A DNA stretch of 34,732 bases from a virus. A program made the translations under genes and the position numbers. The DNA lies in the IMG/VR virus record IMGVR_UViG_3300028840_006925, positions 1-34,732 of that record; one strand, given 5' to 3'. The notes beneath the pieces are model-generated. The model had not been told where the DNA came from, made no database searches, and saw only the letters and a program-made list of their open reading frames with translations. Each line of letters opens with the position of its first letter. Within the stretch, counting starts at the first letter, position 1. Below, one piece after another: positions 24,551 to 33,036 of the stretch.

Positions 24551-24796
24551 TTATTTTCTTATTCCTCTTCTTGCAGCAGCTGAAAGACCTGCAAATTTTT
24601 TAGGTCCATATTTTCTTCTTCCTATCCATGCAGCTAATGCTCCTGGAGATTTTGCCCCTTTCTTTTTTAATGCTGTTTCTAAAGCTCCAAATCTTTTTCC
24701 TGTACCAAGTTTTGGTTTTTTTCCAACAGCTACATATGATTTTCCCGGTCTTTTTCTTGCTTTTGGTCCACTTCTTTTTACATATTTGAATGCCAT
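24551..24796 (-). CDS. Extremely basic small protein (81 aa)
   Basis: The K/R/G-rich motif GTGKRFGALETALKKKGAKSPGALAAWIGRRKYGPKKF resembles a small conserved phage and bacterial family of unknown function. The RBS is AAGGAGAAAAAATG. Confidence 0.6.
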   Translation of the reverse strand: MAFKYVKRSGPKARKRPGKSYVAVGKKPKLGTGKRFGALETALKKKGAKSPGALAAWIGRRKYGPKKFAGLSAAARRGIRK

Positions 24797-24809
24797 TTTT
24801 TCTCCTTAT

Positions 24810-24899
24810 TTAACAAGTTATATTATACTTAATAGTGGTAAATATAATAATTGTAATAAAAATAATAGTAATTATTGTAAGAACTAAAATATATTTCAT
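24810..24899 (-). CDS. Possible 29-aa single-pass membrane peptide (MKYILVLTIITIIFITIIIFTTIKYNITC)
   Basis: I read this by eye in a 128-bp gap. There is no convincing RBS, and AT-rich DNA easily generates I/T/F runs by chance. Confidence 0.15.
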   Translation of the reverse strand: MKYILVLTIITIIFITIIIFTTIKYNITC

Positions 24900-24924
24900 T
24901 GGATTATTATAAGATTCTAAATAA

Positions 24925-25113
24925 TTATTTTCTTCTTGATCTTTTAAGTTTTCTAGCTTCTGATAACGCAATTGCAATTGCCTGTTTTTTAGATTTTACT
25001 ACAGGACCTTTTTTAGATCCTGATTTAAGCTTTCCTTCTTTGAATTCTTCCATAACCTTTTTTACTTTTTGAGGCCTTTTTAATTTTGTTTTTAAAGGGC
25101 ATCTTCTTAACAT
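24925..25113 (-). CDS. Small basic protein resembling the DUF6496 family
   Basis: KVKKVMEEFKEGKLKSGSKKGPVVKSKKQAIAIALSEARK matches my recollection of the ...EFK.GKL.SG....V.S.KQAIAI.LSEAR... motif. The RBS AGAGGA precedes the ATG at 25113. Confidence 0.55.
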   Translation of the reverse strand: MLRRCPLKTKLKRPQKVKKVMEEFKEGKLKSGSKKGPVVKSKKQAIAIALSEARKLKRSRRK

Positions 25114-25249
25114 TTTTTCCTCTTTTTGCTTTTAATTGTTTTTTAGATGTTTGAATAAGGTCTTTGTCTTCTTCTATTTCATGTTTATAGCCTTTTATAT
25201 CGCCTTTTAAATGCTTAGTTATTTTACCTATAAAACTTTTCATTTTCAT
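25025..25249 (-). CDS. Small K-rich basic protein (74 aa from the ATG at 25249). Its 3' end overlaps the next gene by 89 nt in another frame.
   Basis: The RBS AAGGAAG precedes ATGAAAATGAAA at 25249. The track start at 25318 would lie upstream of, and read through, the terminator hairpin. Confidence 0.45.
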   Translation of the reverse strand: MKMKSFIGKITKHLKGDIKGYKHEIEEDKDLIQTSKKQLKAKRGKNVKKMPFKNKIKKASKSKKGYGRIQRRKA

Positions 25250-25260
25250 ATATTCTTCCT

Positions 25261-25292
25261 TAATTAAAATAAGCCTCTTATCAAAAGAGGCT
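25261..25292 (-). terminator. Minus-strand intrinsic terminator inside the head module
   Basis: On the minus strand: AGCCUCUU, loop UUGAU, AAGAGGCU (25272-25292), followed by UAUUUUAAUUA. The stop codon of the 54-aa ORF sits in the loop. Confidence 0.55.
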
Positions 25293-25445
25293 ATTAGCTT
25301 CTTTAGATAATAGATCATTAGTTTCTATTATTTTTTGTTCTATCTTTGTTGTATCTTTTTTATTATTTTTTTTCGAGTTTTTAAGATGAGGAATATTTTT
25401 TTTTGCAATAGAAAAAGCTTTTCCTCTTGGCCTCGGCATTGCCAT
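25281..25445 (-). CDS. Small basic protein (54 aa, MAMPRPRGKAFSIAKKNIPHLKNSKKNNKKDTTKIEQKIIETNDLLSKEANSLF)
   Basis: This is my own translation, because the ORF is below the track cutoff. The RBS AAGAGG lies 9 nt upstream. The start lies 2 nt after the previous stop, and the ORF ends in the terminator loop. Confidence 0.4.
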   Translation of the reverse strand: MAMPRPRGKAFSIAKKNIPHLKNSKKNNKKDTTKIEQKIIETNDLLSKEANSLF

Positions 25446-25447
25446 TA

Positions 25448-25678
25448 TTAATACCTCTTACCTTTTGACATTTGTTCTCTAAATTTACGAGAACTTTCTT
25501 TTGATCTTTCATCAAATTCTTCAAATGTACTAGGATATTCATAATTTGGATCTTCCATAGTTGAGGCATACATTTTATGAATTACTTCTTGAGGAAGATT
25601 TGCAGGTGCAGAACGATCCTCTGAAATCATTCCTTCATAACTACCTGCTCTTTTTCTATATTCTTCTTTTACAATCAT
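25448..25678 (-). CDS. Hypothetical small protein (76 aa) downstream of the portal gene
   Basis: The ORF has the RBS AAGGAGAAAAAAA. Confidence 0.6.
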   Translation of the reverse strand: MIVKEEYRKRAGSYEGMISEDRSAPANLPQEVIHKMYASTMEDPNYEYPSTFEEFDERSKESSRKFREQMSKGKRY

Positions 25679-25693
25679 TTTTTTTCTCCTTAT

Positions 25694-27745
25694 TTATGTT
25701 GAAACCGCCATTTCTTCTCTAGACGGTGTTTTAACTTGTATTTTTTCTGAAATTTCATCTGGTGTTATACGATCTTTTATAGATTCGGCTAAAGATATCA
25801 ATCTTTCTAATTGAGAAATATCCATACTTTCTAATTCTTTTATAGCTTGAACTAAATGTAAAGTTCCAAGTTGTTTGTCTTTTTCAGATTCAGCAAGTCT
25901 TTCAATAGCAAGTGCTCTATTTTCTTCAACTCTTGCAGCTCTTTCTATTCCTAAACCTTCATTTGCTTTAGATCTTGAATGAAGTTCATTTATTTGAGCA
26001 TTTTGAAGATCTAAGGCTGCTTGAGTTTGCATTTGTTGCATTTGTTGCGTTGCTTTTTCAGAATCTTGAATAGATTTAATTAATTTATCTTTATCTTGGA
26101 GTGTAAGAGCATCTATTAGAACATCAGACGGTATTTGTATTCCAAGTTCACGAAGAACTAGAAGTTGTTTTAAATGAAGTTGTTTTTGAGTTGTTGTATA
26201 AGATCCTTCTTCAATAGCCGAATCATATTTACCAAATGCTTTTGAATAAAATTGAAGCGTTGGTTTTTCTCCTAGAATTTTTTGTACTTTACCTGTAGAA
26301 AAGTTCGCTTGTATTAAATCAATAAAGATTCGTCCTAATGTTTTTTGTGAAAAATCTAATTGGTCAAAAAGTTGCTGAAGTGTTGTAAGACCAGCCCCTT
26401 GTCTTAACATAGAAAGAATTCCGGCTTTATCATCCTCTGCTGATCCTAAAAGTTCTTCATTAACACCAGAAATTTGTTGTATTTCATCACCTAAAATTTT
26501 AGAAAGCTCTATCATACTAGGAGGGACTTGAGGAGGATCTATTTTTTCTACATCTGCAAGATTTGCTTCTTCTTTAACTGCAAGCCCTCTACCTTGACCT
26601 TGTAAAAAAACATCTTTTGGATTTACAAGTGCATTTTCTTTATATTTAAACCCTGAATTTATTTGAGATTCTAAAATATCAAGTTCAATAATCTTTCTTC
26701 TATTATATAAATATTGAGCATCTCTAAGACCTCTAACTATTCCTTGAATTCTCCATGGAAAATATGGAATTTGCGGTTCATAATATGCTAACATAGGAAC
26801 AAAAGGAAATCTATCTATTCCCATTGGATTAAGACCATGATACATTACATGTCCTTGTACAACTAATGCTAATTTTACTGTTTGAATATTTTGATTTATA
26901 ACTTGAATCTGAGGATATTTTCTTAAAAATAATTGAAGATTTTCTTCTTCTCCTTTCCATTCCATTGTTTCGCCGGTAGTTACATCAACTAATAATTTCT
27001 GTTTTCTAAAATCTCTATACCAATATTCATCATATGTTAATAAATTCTGCATTCCATAATTATAAGCTTCAGGCATAAATTGAAATTTTCCATCTCTTTG
27101 TCCTTTTGCTTGCATTTTTTCTATATCATTTTTTCTATCAGGAATTAAAGCTTTAATCTGTTCTTTAGTAAGCCATTTTCTAGTCCAAATAAAATTACAA
27201 TCTGAAAGATCTTTCTTTTTAAAAAATGGATCAATTAAATATCCATTATATGAAACATTATCTACTTTTATATCTCCATTTACTGGATCTGAACGATAAT
27301 CCATCCAAATAGATAAAAGATTCATTCCTGTAGTTAAACATCCATCAAAAGCATCTGAAATAGTTTCCAATATATCATCTTTTTGCATCGCCCACATTAT
27401 TACTTTAGAAAATTGATCTGCTGTTTTTTGATCTGAATTTTCAATAGGAATTACTGTGGTAGTCTTTCTGTTTCTTCTTTGATATCCAGATATCATATTA
27501 CATATTCTTCGAATACGATTGAAATTAAAAACTCTTCTTCTAAAAGCAGGTAAATTTCCATAAATATCATTCCATAAAGTTTGGTCTCCAGCTCTAAATC
27601 TTGAATCAATATCTGCTTCTGACCAAAAACTTTGATTTATAGTTATAGATTGAGTATAAGCAGTATTCATCATTTCTTTAACATTTTTATCATCGTCTGT
27701 ATAATATGAATAATAATTCATATCCATAGCTGGAAATAAAGTCAT
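25694..27745 (-). CDS. Portal protein
   Basis: The 683-aa ORF lies downstream of the large terminase and has a long C-terminal Q/E-rich coiled coil (ATQQMQQMQTQAALDLQNAQINELH), as in P22-like portal barrels. The call rests on size and synteny. Confidence 0.7.
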   Translation of the reverse strand: MTLFPAMDMNYYSYYTDDDKNVKEMMNTAYTQSITINQSFWSEADIDSRFRAGDQTLWNDIYGNLPAFRRRVFNFNRIRRICNMISGYQRRNRKTTTVIPIENSDQKTADQFSKVIMWAMQKDDILETISDAFDGCLTTGMNLLSIWMDYRSDPVNGDIKVDNVSYNGYLIDPFFKKKDLSDCNFIWTRKWLTKEQIKALIPDRKNDIEKMQAKGQRDGKFQFMPEAYNYGMQNLLTYDEYWYRDFRKQKLLVDVTTGETMEWKGEEENLQLFLRKYPQIQVINQNIQTVKLALVVQGHVMYHGLNPMGIDRFPFVPMLAYYEPQIPYFPWRIQGIVRGLRDAQYLYNRRKIIELDILESQINSGFKYKENALVNPKDVFLQGQGRGLAVKEEANLADVEKIDPPQVPPSMIELSKILGDEIQQISGVNEELLGSAEDDKAGILSMLRQGAGLTTLQQLFDQLDFSQKTLGRIFIDLIQANFSTGKVQKILGEKPTLQFYSKAFGKYDSAIEEGSYTTTQKQLHLKQLLVLRELGIQIPSDVLIDALTLQDKDKLIKSIQDSEKATQQMQQMQTQAALDLQNAQINELHSRSKANEGLGIERAARVEENRALAIERLAESEKDKQLGTLHLVQAIKELESMDISQLERLISLAESIKDRITPDEISEKIQVKTPSREEMAVST

Positions 27746-27866
27746 TTTTTACCTTTTAATTTATTTTTATTACGTTTTTGTTTTATTAATGTATATATAT
27801 AAAATGATAAGATTACATATATAATTGATATAGAAGTTACAAAGATTGTTTTATCATTAGTTGAAA

Positions 27867-28103
27867 CTAATTTGTCTTTTTCTTTTTTGATTTGCAAGGG
27901 TGTCTTCTTGACATTGTCATTTTTCCTTTTTTTTTCCGCCGTTCTATACGTTCAATTCTATCTTTTTTTCGTTGTTTCATCTCTATTCTAGCCTGCTTTT
28001 TTTTTTGTCGTAAAAAATTCCAAAAATCACAGAAAGGATTAGCTTCTAAACAAGAGCAAGAAAGAAAAATAAATATAATAAATGAATATATAAGTTTTTT
28101 CAT
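27867..28103 (-). CDS. Secreted or lipoprotein-like K/R-rich miniprotein (78 aa from the ATG at 28103) between the terminase and portal genes
   Basis: MKKLIYSFIIFIFLSCSCLEANP looks like a signal sequence with Cys. It is followed by QKKKQARIEMKQRKKDRIERIERRKKKGK. The RBS AGGAGA overlaps the TAG stop of terL. Confidence 0.55.
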   Translation of the reverse strand: MKKLIYSFIIFIFLSCSCLEANPFCDFWNFLRQKKKQARIEMKQRKKDRIERIERRKKKGKMTMSRRHPCKSKKKKTN

Positions 28104-28113
28104 AATATTTCTC

Positions 28114-29457
28114 CTATGTTTGAAAAAAAGAAGGAAAATTTGATTGATTGCCATGATATGCTTCTAAATAATTTTTTTCTATTTCTTCAGGTGTCATTCC
28201 ACCTTCCAATTTATTTATTGATATTGCCAAATATCTAAAAGAATCAGAAAAATTAGAAGCCCAGTTATGAAGAGGATAAGGCTTATATATTTTTCTTCTA
28301 CTATCATATTCTTGCCTATAATTTTCTAAAGCATTTATAAATTTATCACATTTTTTTTCATCAATCCAAAGCTTTGAAAATAGGGACCTACATGCTTCTA
28401 TTCCATCCATAATACTAAAATTATCGGAAACTTTAAATTTAATTCCAAGTTGTCTAGCTTTTTCAAAGCGTGTAATGCCAGTTCCCCATTCTTTTACTTT
28501 AATATCATGTGGAGCAATGTGGGTCCCATAAATATAAGGCTTTCTTGATAGAACTTTAACATAGTATTCAATGCCTTCTTTGCTATCTTCAAAACAATCT
28601 ATGATTCTTATTGTTTTGCCTATATATTGAAAAAATAAAATAGCTGTAGAATCTCTAACTCCTAAATCCCAACTTGTATGAACTTTAAAAGAACTTTCCC
28701 AAGGAACATCGCCTATTCTATTTTGAAGTCTTAATTCATTTAAATATTTTGAATAATAAGATCCTTCAATTCCCATTTCAAATGAAGTATAATATTCTTG
28801 TTGAACAAGATCATAAGACATTTCTTTGTCTTTAAGTTCTCTTTCAATTTCTTCTAAAGGAATATGTTTTGTATCTTCAATTGTAAGTTTATAAGAAAAC
28901 CATTCTTTTGATTTAATTGCTATTTGATATAAATCCCAAAGATGATTTTTTCCTCTTGGAGTTGATATAAAAAGAGCCCAGCCGCCATTAGCTGTTAAAA
29001 TTGGTTTTAAATATTGCCATGCATTAGGATCTTGCAAAGCATATTCTGAAAAAACACATCCGATTGGATTTGTTCCCATTAAAGTATCATAATTATCAGA
29101 ACCAATAAGTTGAAATAAAGATCCATTTGTAAATCTGATCTTCATCTCATGATAATTTTTCTTTTTTATCAAATCTTCTGGAAAATAATCTAAAATCCTT
29201 CTTCCTTCATTATCTAATGCATCCCAGATTACTTTTTTTGCTTGGGAATAAGTTGGAAAGATATAAAAATAAACTCCTGGTTCTTGAACCATTTTTTTTA
29301 TTACATAATTAAGAGCTGTTATATCTTTACCGCTTCTTCTAGGAAGAATTGCAAGAACTCTTTTAAATTTACTGTCTAAAGCTTTTAATATTGGAAGTTG
29401 ATAATTTCTAGGATGAAAATCAATTTTCTGATTTTCTTTTTTGCTCATTTGCTTCAT
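28114..29457 (-). CDS. terL: Terminase large subunit
   Basis: A Walker A-like motif (ILPRRSGKD), a Walker B-like motif (GCVFSEYA) and the coupling motif ISTPRGKNHLW are present. The C-terminal nuclease-like acidic motifs include TSWDLGVRDSTAI and IAPHD. The protein is 447 aa. Confidence 0.85.
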   Translation of the reverse strand: MKQMSKKENQKIDFHPRNYQLPILKALDSKFKRVLAILPRRSGKDITALNYVIKKMVQEPGVYFYIFPTYSQAKKVIWDALDNEGRRILDYFPEDLIKKKNYHEMKIRFTNGSLFQLIGSDNYDTLMGTNPIGCVFSEYALQDPNAWQYLKPILTANGGWALFISTPRGKNHLWDLYQIAIKSKEWFSYKLTIEDTKHIPLEEIERELKDKEMSYDLVQQEYYTSFEMGIEGSYYSKYLNELRLQNRIGDVPWESSFKVHTSWDLGVRDSTAILFFQYIGKTIRIIDCFEDSKEGIEYYVKVLSRKPYIYGTHIAPHDIKVKEWGTGITRFEKARQLGIKFKVSDNFSIMDGIEACRSLFSKLWIDEKKCDKFINALENYRQEYDSRRKIYKPYPLHNWASNFSDSFRYLAISINKLEGGMTPEEIEKNYLEAYHGNQSNFPSFFQT

Positions 29458-29857
29458 AAAATCTTTTATATGGATCTTCTAAAGATGCTTTATCATAATT
29501 TTGAAAAACTAAGGTTGGAGATTCTTTGTTAATATCTATCTGTGTTTGTTTTTCATGTTTGTTAAGCATTCGATCATAAAAAGAAATATATCTATTTAAA
29601 AGTTTTAACATTCCTCTTGGAATGTCTTTATTTTCAGCAACAATAAACCAATTTTTTGCTAAATTATTATGAGCTAAAAAATAAGTTTTTTTAAAATCTT
29701 CTCTTTTATCTATTAATTTTTCAAAAGTTATTGCATCTAGATCGTTTTCGCTCAAAAATTCTGCTATGGTATAAGAAGTAAATTTTTTAGACCAATTTAT
29801 AAGATTTTTTTTTAGTTTTTTTATTTGTTCTTCAGTAAAATTTTCTATATCAGTCAT
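29420..29857 (-). CDS. Putative terminase small subunit
   Basis: The call rests on position alone: the gene lies directly upstream of terL and overlaps it. The ATG at 29857 has the RBS AAGGAAG. Confidence 0.4.
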   Translation of the reverse strand: MTDIENFTEEQIKKLKKNLINWSKKFTSYTIAEFLSENDLDAITFEKLIDKREDFKKTYFLAHNNLAKNWFIVAENKDIPRGMLKLLNRYISFYDRMLNKHEKQTQIDINKESPTLVFQNYDKASLEDPYKRFYEANEQKRKSEN

Positions 29858-29943
29858 TTTTTCTTCCTTTATTTTTACCAATAAAATATTTTAACAATTA
29901 AAGCAAACAAAAAATATAAATTATTTAATTTTAATTTTATTTT

Positions 29944-30375
29944 TTATGCTTTAAATGATTTCATTATTTTAGAATACATTTCATCATATAAATCGCCTTT
30001 CTTAGGATCTTCTTCTTTTAAAAATGAAAAATATCTATAAAGATCTTCTGAAACTCCATCTGTTGAAATTTCATTCATACAATCTATTATATCAGTAATC
30101 TGACGAAAAACTTCATTAAGAGAAGTACTTAAATCTTTCACACTTGATTTTATTTCTTCTTTAGATGAATTAGAATTTAATGATGATTCCATTAAAATTC
30201 CTAAAAGATATGAATATGTAGATACTAAATTATATCCTGAAAGATACAAAGATTCTGATGCAAGTTCAGAAAAATAAACAGTTTTTTTAGATAACATTTT
30301 TATGATTTCTGAAGATTTATCCGTTATATCTGAAAATAATTTTTTCTCTTCTTTTTTATTTAAATATGATTTCAT
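29944..30375 (-). CDS. Hypothetical acidic protein (143 aa)
   Basis: The ORF start overlaps the upstream stop (ATGA). Confidence 0.55.
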   Translation of the reverse strand: MKSYLNKKEEKKLFSDITDKSSEIIKMLSKKTVYFSELASESLYLSGYNLVSTYSYLLGILMESSLNSNSSKEEIKSSVKDLSTSLNEVFRQITDIIDCMNEISTDGVSEDLYRYFSFLKEEDPKKGDLYDEMYSKIMKSFKA

Positions 30376-30767
30376 AATATTTCAATATGATTTAATTCAA
30401 TTTCTGTATGTGGATTTAATGAATAAATTTTTTTAGATGATATTTCCCAAATATTTGAATCATCTTTCCACATTATTTTATTCAAAGCATCTTCATAAAA
30501 TTTAATAAGATTAGAAAGATCTGGTTTTTTTATATGCGGAAGGCCTATCATTTCGCTTTTCTTTTTTTTAGACCAACTTTTTGGCATTTTCATAAAAAAT
30601 CTAAATTTAACGGATACTTTATCAAAATAACAAAATCCTTTAGTAATTTGATTGAAAACTTCAGCAATTACTTCTTCTTTTTGTTTTTTTTGAGGATTAT
30701 AAAAACCATATTTTCCTTTTCTTGCTCTTTGACAAGCAATAGGATTATCATGAATATAAAATATCAT
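30372..30767 (-). CDS. rusA: RusA-family Holliday junction resolvase
   Basis: KKPDLSNLIKFYEDALNKIMWKDDSNIWEISSKKIY matches the RusA pattern (P)D.DNL.K...DAL.G....DD..I. Confidence 0.7.
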   Translation of the reverse strand: MIFYIHDNPIACQRARKGKYGFYNPQKKQKEEVIAEVFNQITKGFCYFDKVSVKFRFFMKMPKSWSKKKKSEMIGLPHIKKPDLSNLIKFYEDALNKIMWKDDSNIWEISSKKIYSLNPHTEIELNHIEIL

Positions 30768-31026
30768 TAAGTAATCCTTTTGCTTTTACTAATTCCATTA
30801 TTTTTTTTAAAAGTTCTCTGTTTGCAATTTCATCTTCTAATTGGAAAACAGGAGTTCTTTGATCTTTAATTTTTTCAGTTGGAAAATAAGCAAAAAAATT
30901 CTGGTTTTTTCCTTTCCAAATTTTACATAATAATTTGATATTGTTAATTTTAACAGAAGCTATTCCTATTAAATTGTCTGGGCCAGTCGTTTTTTTATTA
31001 AAAGATAACACTTCAATATTTTTCAT
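30748..31026 (-). CDS. Hypothetical protein (92 aa), possibly SpoVG-like fold
   Basis: There is only weak by-eye resemblance (IGIASVKINN.IKLLCKIWKGKNQNFFAYFPTEK). Confidence 0.35.
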   Translation of the reverse strand: MKNIEVLSFNKKTTGPDNLIGIASVKINNIKLLCKIWKGKNQNFFAYFPTEKIKDQRTPVFQLEDEIANRELLKKIMELVKAKGLLNDILYS

Positions 31027-31135
31027 TTTTTACCTATAAAAGTTGCAAAAAAACATAGAAATGTTTTAAAAAAGAAACATTCTATATTTTTTCAAGAAAT
31101 ATAGTGTATTTTTAAAAGCTTTCAACTTCAAATCA

Positions 31136-31165
31136 GAGAGACTTAAATAGTCTCTCATTTTTTTA
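31136..31165 (+). terminator. Stem-loop gagagact-taaat-agtctctc followed by a T-run on the plus strand
   Basis: The 8-bp perfect stem is 31136-31143 paired with 31149-31156, followed by attttttta. On the minus strand the downstream sequence is only UGAUUUGAAG. Confidence 0.45.
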
Positions 31166-31186
31166 TACTAATAATAAAATTATTTG

Positions 31187-31417
31187 TTAACAAGAAATAA
31201 AATGATTTTTTATAAATGAAGAAAGTTTAGATATTTCTTTTATTGATGCCCAATGAGTAATATATCTTTTATTAATCTTTGGATTAGTAGGAAAAAATTT
31301 ATTTTTCTCTGTATTAAATTTTGCTAAGAAAACTTGAGTCCTATTTTTATGAAGACATAAAATTAAATATTTATCTTCTATTTTTGGGAGTTCATCTTTT
31401 ATATTTATCCAATTCAT
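31187..31417 (-). CDS. DUF551-like small phage protein
   Basis: MNWINIKDELPK...ITHWASIKE resembles the DUF551 pattern (W.S..D.LP ... THW.PLP). Confidence 0.45.
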   Translation of the reverse strand: MNWINIKDELPKIEDKYLILCLHKNRTQVFLAKFNTEKNKFFPTNPKINKRYITHWASIKEISKLSSFIKNHFISC

Positions 31418-31851
31418 GATTTATTATCTTTAAGTTTAAGATATTTTGGTAAAAATTCATTGCTTATTTCTATCAAAAATTTTAGAAAATTATCTTCATT
31501 TTCTTTTTCTAGTTTTTTTACTCTAACATACTCGATATCATTTTGAAAAATACTTTCTAAAAGATTTAACATTTTTAAAATATTTAAATTTTCTCTTACC
31601 TTTTCTTCTTTAAATGGAAAAATCCTAGAAATATCTGATGGTATAAAAGAAATAAATGTTTTTCCAAATAAAAAAACTAAAGAATATATAACTTTTCCAA
31701 TAAAAGGAACTTCTTCTAAAGAAAGAAGATAATCTTTTTCTCTTAAAACCTTGATGATAAGATTAAATGTGTTTCTTTTTTGAAACATCATTCTTATTTT
31801 TATAATCGAAAATTCTGTAAAATCAGGAAAGTTTCCGTTCATTTTTTTCAA
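31414..31851 (-). CDS. Hypothetical protein (145 aa). The start is uncertain: TTG at 31851 or ATG at 31842.
   Basis: The ORF has no clear RBS at either candidate start. Confidence 0.5.
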   Translation of the reverse strand: MKKMNGNFPDFTEFSIIKIRMMFQKRNTFNLIIKVLREKDYLLSLEEVPFIGKVIYSLVFLFGKTFISFIPSDISRIFPFKEEKVRENLNILKMLNLLESIFQNDIEYVRVKKLEKENEDNFLKFLIEISNEFLPKYLKLKDNKS

Positions 31852-32141
31852 TTAATATATGGTCGAAATTTTTTAGGATGTGCATATCTCTTTTTTCTTT
31901 CTCTTGGTTTTCTAAGAAAGGGAACTTCATCATTCTCTGCCATTTTCTTAGCCTTTTCATTTCCATATTTTTTCATATCTTTCTTTATTTCTTCTCTCAT
32001 TTTTCTTATCTCATGATCAGTTGGAGGGTGCATATGAATATTTCCAAACATCATTTTCGAAAAAACAAAAAGATTTATCACTACAATTACTATTCCAGAT
32101 ATGGATAAAAAAAATACTGTTATCTTACTTTCGTTTTTCAT
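31848..32141 (-). CDS. Signal-anchored K/E-rich miniprotein (97 aa)
   Basis: The N-terminal transmembrane segment ITVFFLSISGIVIVVINLFVF is followed by a charged tail (EIRKMREEIKKDMKKYGNEKAKKMAEN...RERKKRY). The start overlaps the upstream stop (ATGA). Confidence 0.6.
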   Translation of the reverse strand: MKNESKITVFFLSISGIVIVVINLFVFSKMMFGNIHMHPPTDHEIRKMREEIKKDMKKYGNEKAKKMAENDEVPFLRKPRERKKRYAHPKKFRPYIN

Positions 32142-32356
32142 TTGCTATCTTTTGAACGATTTTGTACAGCTTCCCAAAATTTTTCTTCATTTATAAGGAC
32201 TCTTCGCCCTATTGATAAAAAAGCTTTGGAAAAACCATTAATATTAGAATTAGCACGGAGTGCCCAAATAGTTGGTTCACTTCCTGGCCAAATGCCAACT
32301 TCTTTATTTTTCTTTGCAAAATTTTTAACAGTAAAAAATTTGGGATTATTACCCAT
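32138..32356 (-). CDS. Excisionase/AlpA-like (HTH_17-type) small DNA-binding protein
   Basis: FFTVKNFAKKNKEVGIWPGSEPTIWALRAN...GRRVLINEEKFWEAV resembles MerR-like excisionase-family HTH proteins. Confidence 0.45.
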   Translation of the reverse strand: MGNNPKFFTVKNFAKKNKEVGIWPGSEPTIWALRANSNINGFSKAFLSIGRRVLINEEKFWEAVQNRSKDSK

Positions 32357-32582
32357 AGGATTTTTTTTTCTTACTTTTTTCTTGCTGTTTTTTACATGTT
32401 TTTAGTTGTTCTTTTCGTTTTTTCTCTTTTTTTATATATTCTTTGTATTCTAGTCTTACTTTTTCGTCATATTCTTTATGTTTCTGTTTTTCTTTTTCAT
32501 ATTTCTTTTTTTCTTTTTCAAATGTTGTAGAAAAAGATGATAGAATAAAAAAAATAATTATATAAAATAATCCTATTTTCAT
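32349..32582 (-). CDS. Signal-anchored hyper-charged K/E miniprotein, copy B (MKIGLFY family)
   Basis: MKIGLFYIIIFFILSSFSTTF is followed by EKEKKKYEKEKQKHKEYDEK... The protein is a paralogue of the 33037-33258 product, and DNA identity extends into the upstream aaaaaacgATGAAAATAGG. Confidence 0.65.
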   Translation of the reverse strand: MKIGLFYIIIFFILSSFSTTFEKEKKKYEKEKQKHKEYDEKVRLEYKEYIKKEKKRKEQLKTCKKQQEKSKKKKSYG

Positions 32583-32614
32583 CGTTTTTTCTTCTTATTT
32601 ATTTTCTTGTGTAA

Positions 32615-32851
32615 CTATTCATAATCAAAGTCATATCCTTGTTTATATCTTTCATATCTTTTTTGTTTTTCTATTTCTTCTTCTTTTTCTTCTTCTTTCT
32701 GTTTAATACGTCTTTCTTTGTCTTTTCTGCATTCCATTATCATTCTTTCCATTCTTTCTTTTTCTATACGATCATCATCACTATCATCAATAGGATATTC
32801 ACAACTACGTATATTAAAAAGAATTACTGCGCATAACAATATTTTTATCAT
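32615..32851 (-). CDS. Secreted or lipoprotein-like charged miniprotein (78 aa)
   Basis: MIKILLCAVILFNIRSC is followed by an acidic and basic tail. Its signal-coding DNA shares the 13-mer ctgcgcataacaa with 33476-33488. The stop is TAG. Confidence 0.6.
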   Translation of the reverse strand: MIKILLCAVILFNIRSCEYPIDDSDDDRIEKERMERMIMECRKDKERRIKQKEEEKEEEIEKQKRYERYKQGYDFDYE

Positions 32852-33034
32852 TTATTCTATTGCTGTTTCTTGTCTTCTTCTTGCTCTTTCATCTATGAAT
32901 TTTCTATATTCTTCTCTTTCTATTCTTTGTCTTTTTACTTCCGGATCTTCTTCTTCATTTGATTCATCATTCCTAGAAATACTAAAACCGGTCAAATAAA
33001 CAAAAGACATTACATAAAATATTATTTTCTTCAT
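32852..33034 (-). CDS. Secreted charged miniprotein (60 aa)
   Basis: MKKIIFYVMSFVYLTGFSIS is followed by RNDESNEEEDPEVKRQRIEREEYRKFIDERARRRQE. Its stop abuts the next ATG. Confidence 0.55.
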   Translation of the reverse strand: MKKIIFYVMSFVYLTGFSISRNDESNEEEDPEVKRQRIEREEYRKFIDERARRRQETAIE

Positions 33035-33036
33035 TT

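Noticed and set aside
25381-25569. 62-aa minus-strand ORF overlapping the 25448-25678 gene and the 54-aa ORF
   Set aside because: It is out of frame with two better-supported ORFs that have RBSs and abutting stop/start junctions, and it has no RBS of its own.
2637-32999. Shadow ORFs from the track: 2637-2873(-), 4384-4596(+), 9642-9857(+), 13353-13691(+), 15123-15377(+), 15423-15623(+), 16936-17121(+), 19412-19612(+), 19624-19848(-), 22501-22692(+), 27892-28143(+), 30534-30770(+), 31780-32016(+), 31878-32108(+), 32142-32405(+), 32639-32836(+), 32718-32999(+)
   Set aside because: Each is nested within or antisense to a longer ORF with an RBS and a recognisable or syntenic product. Their translations are F/I/L/S-rich mirror images of K/E-rich coding sequence, and none has a convincing start context.
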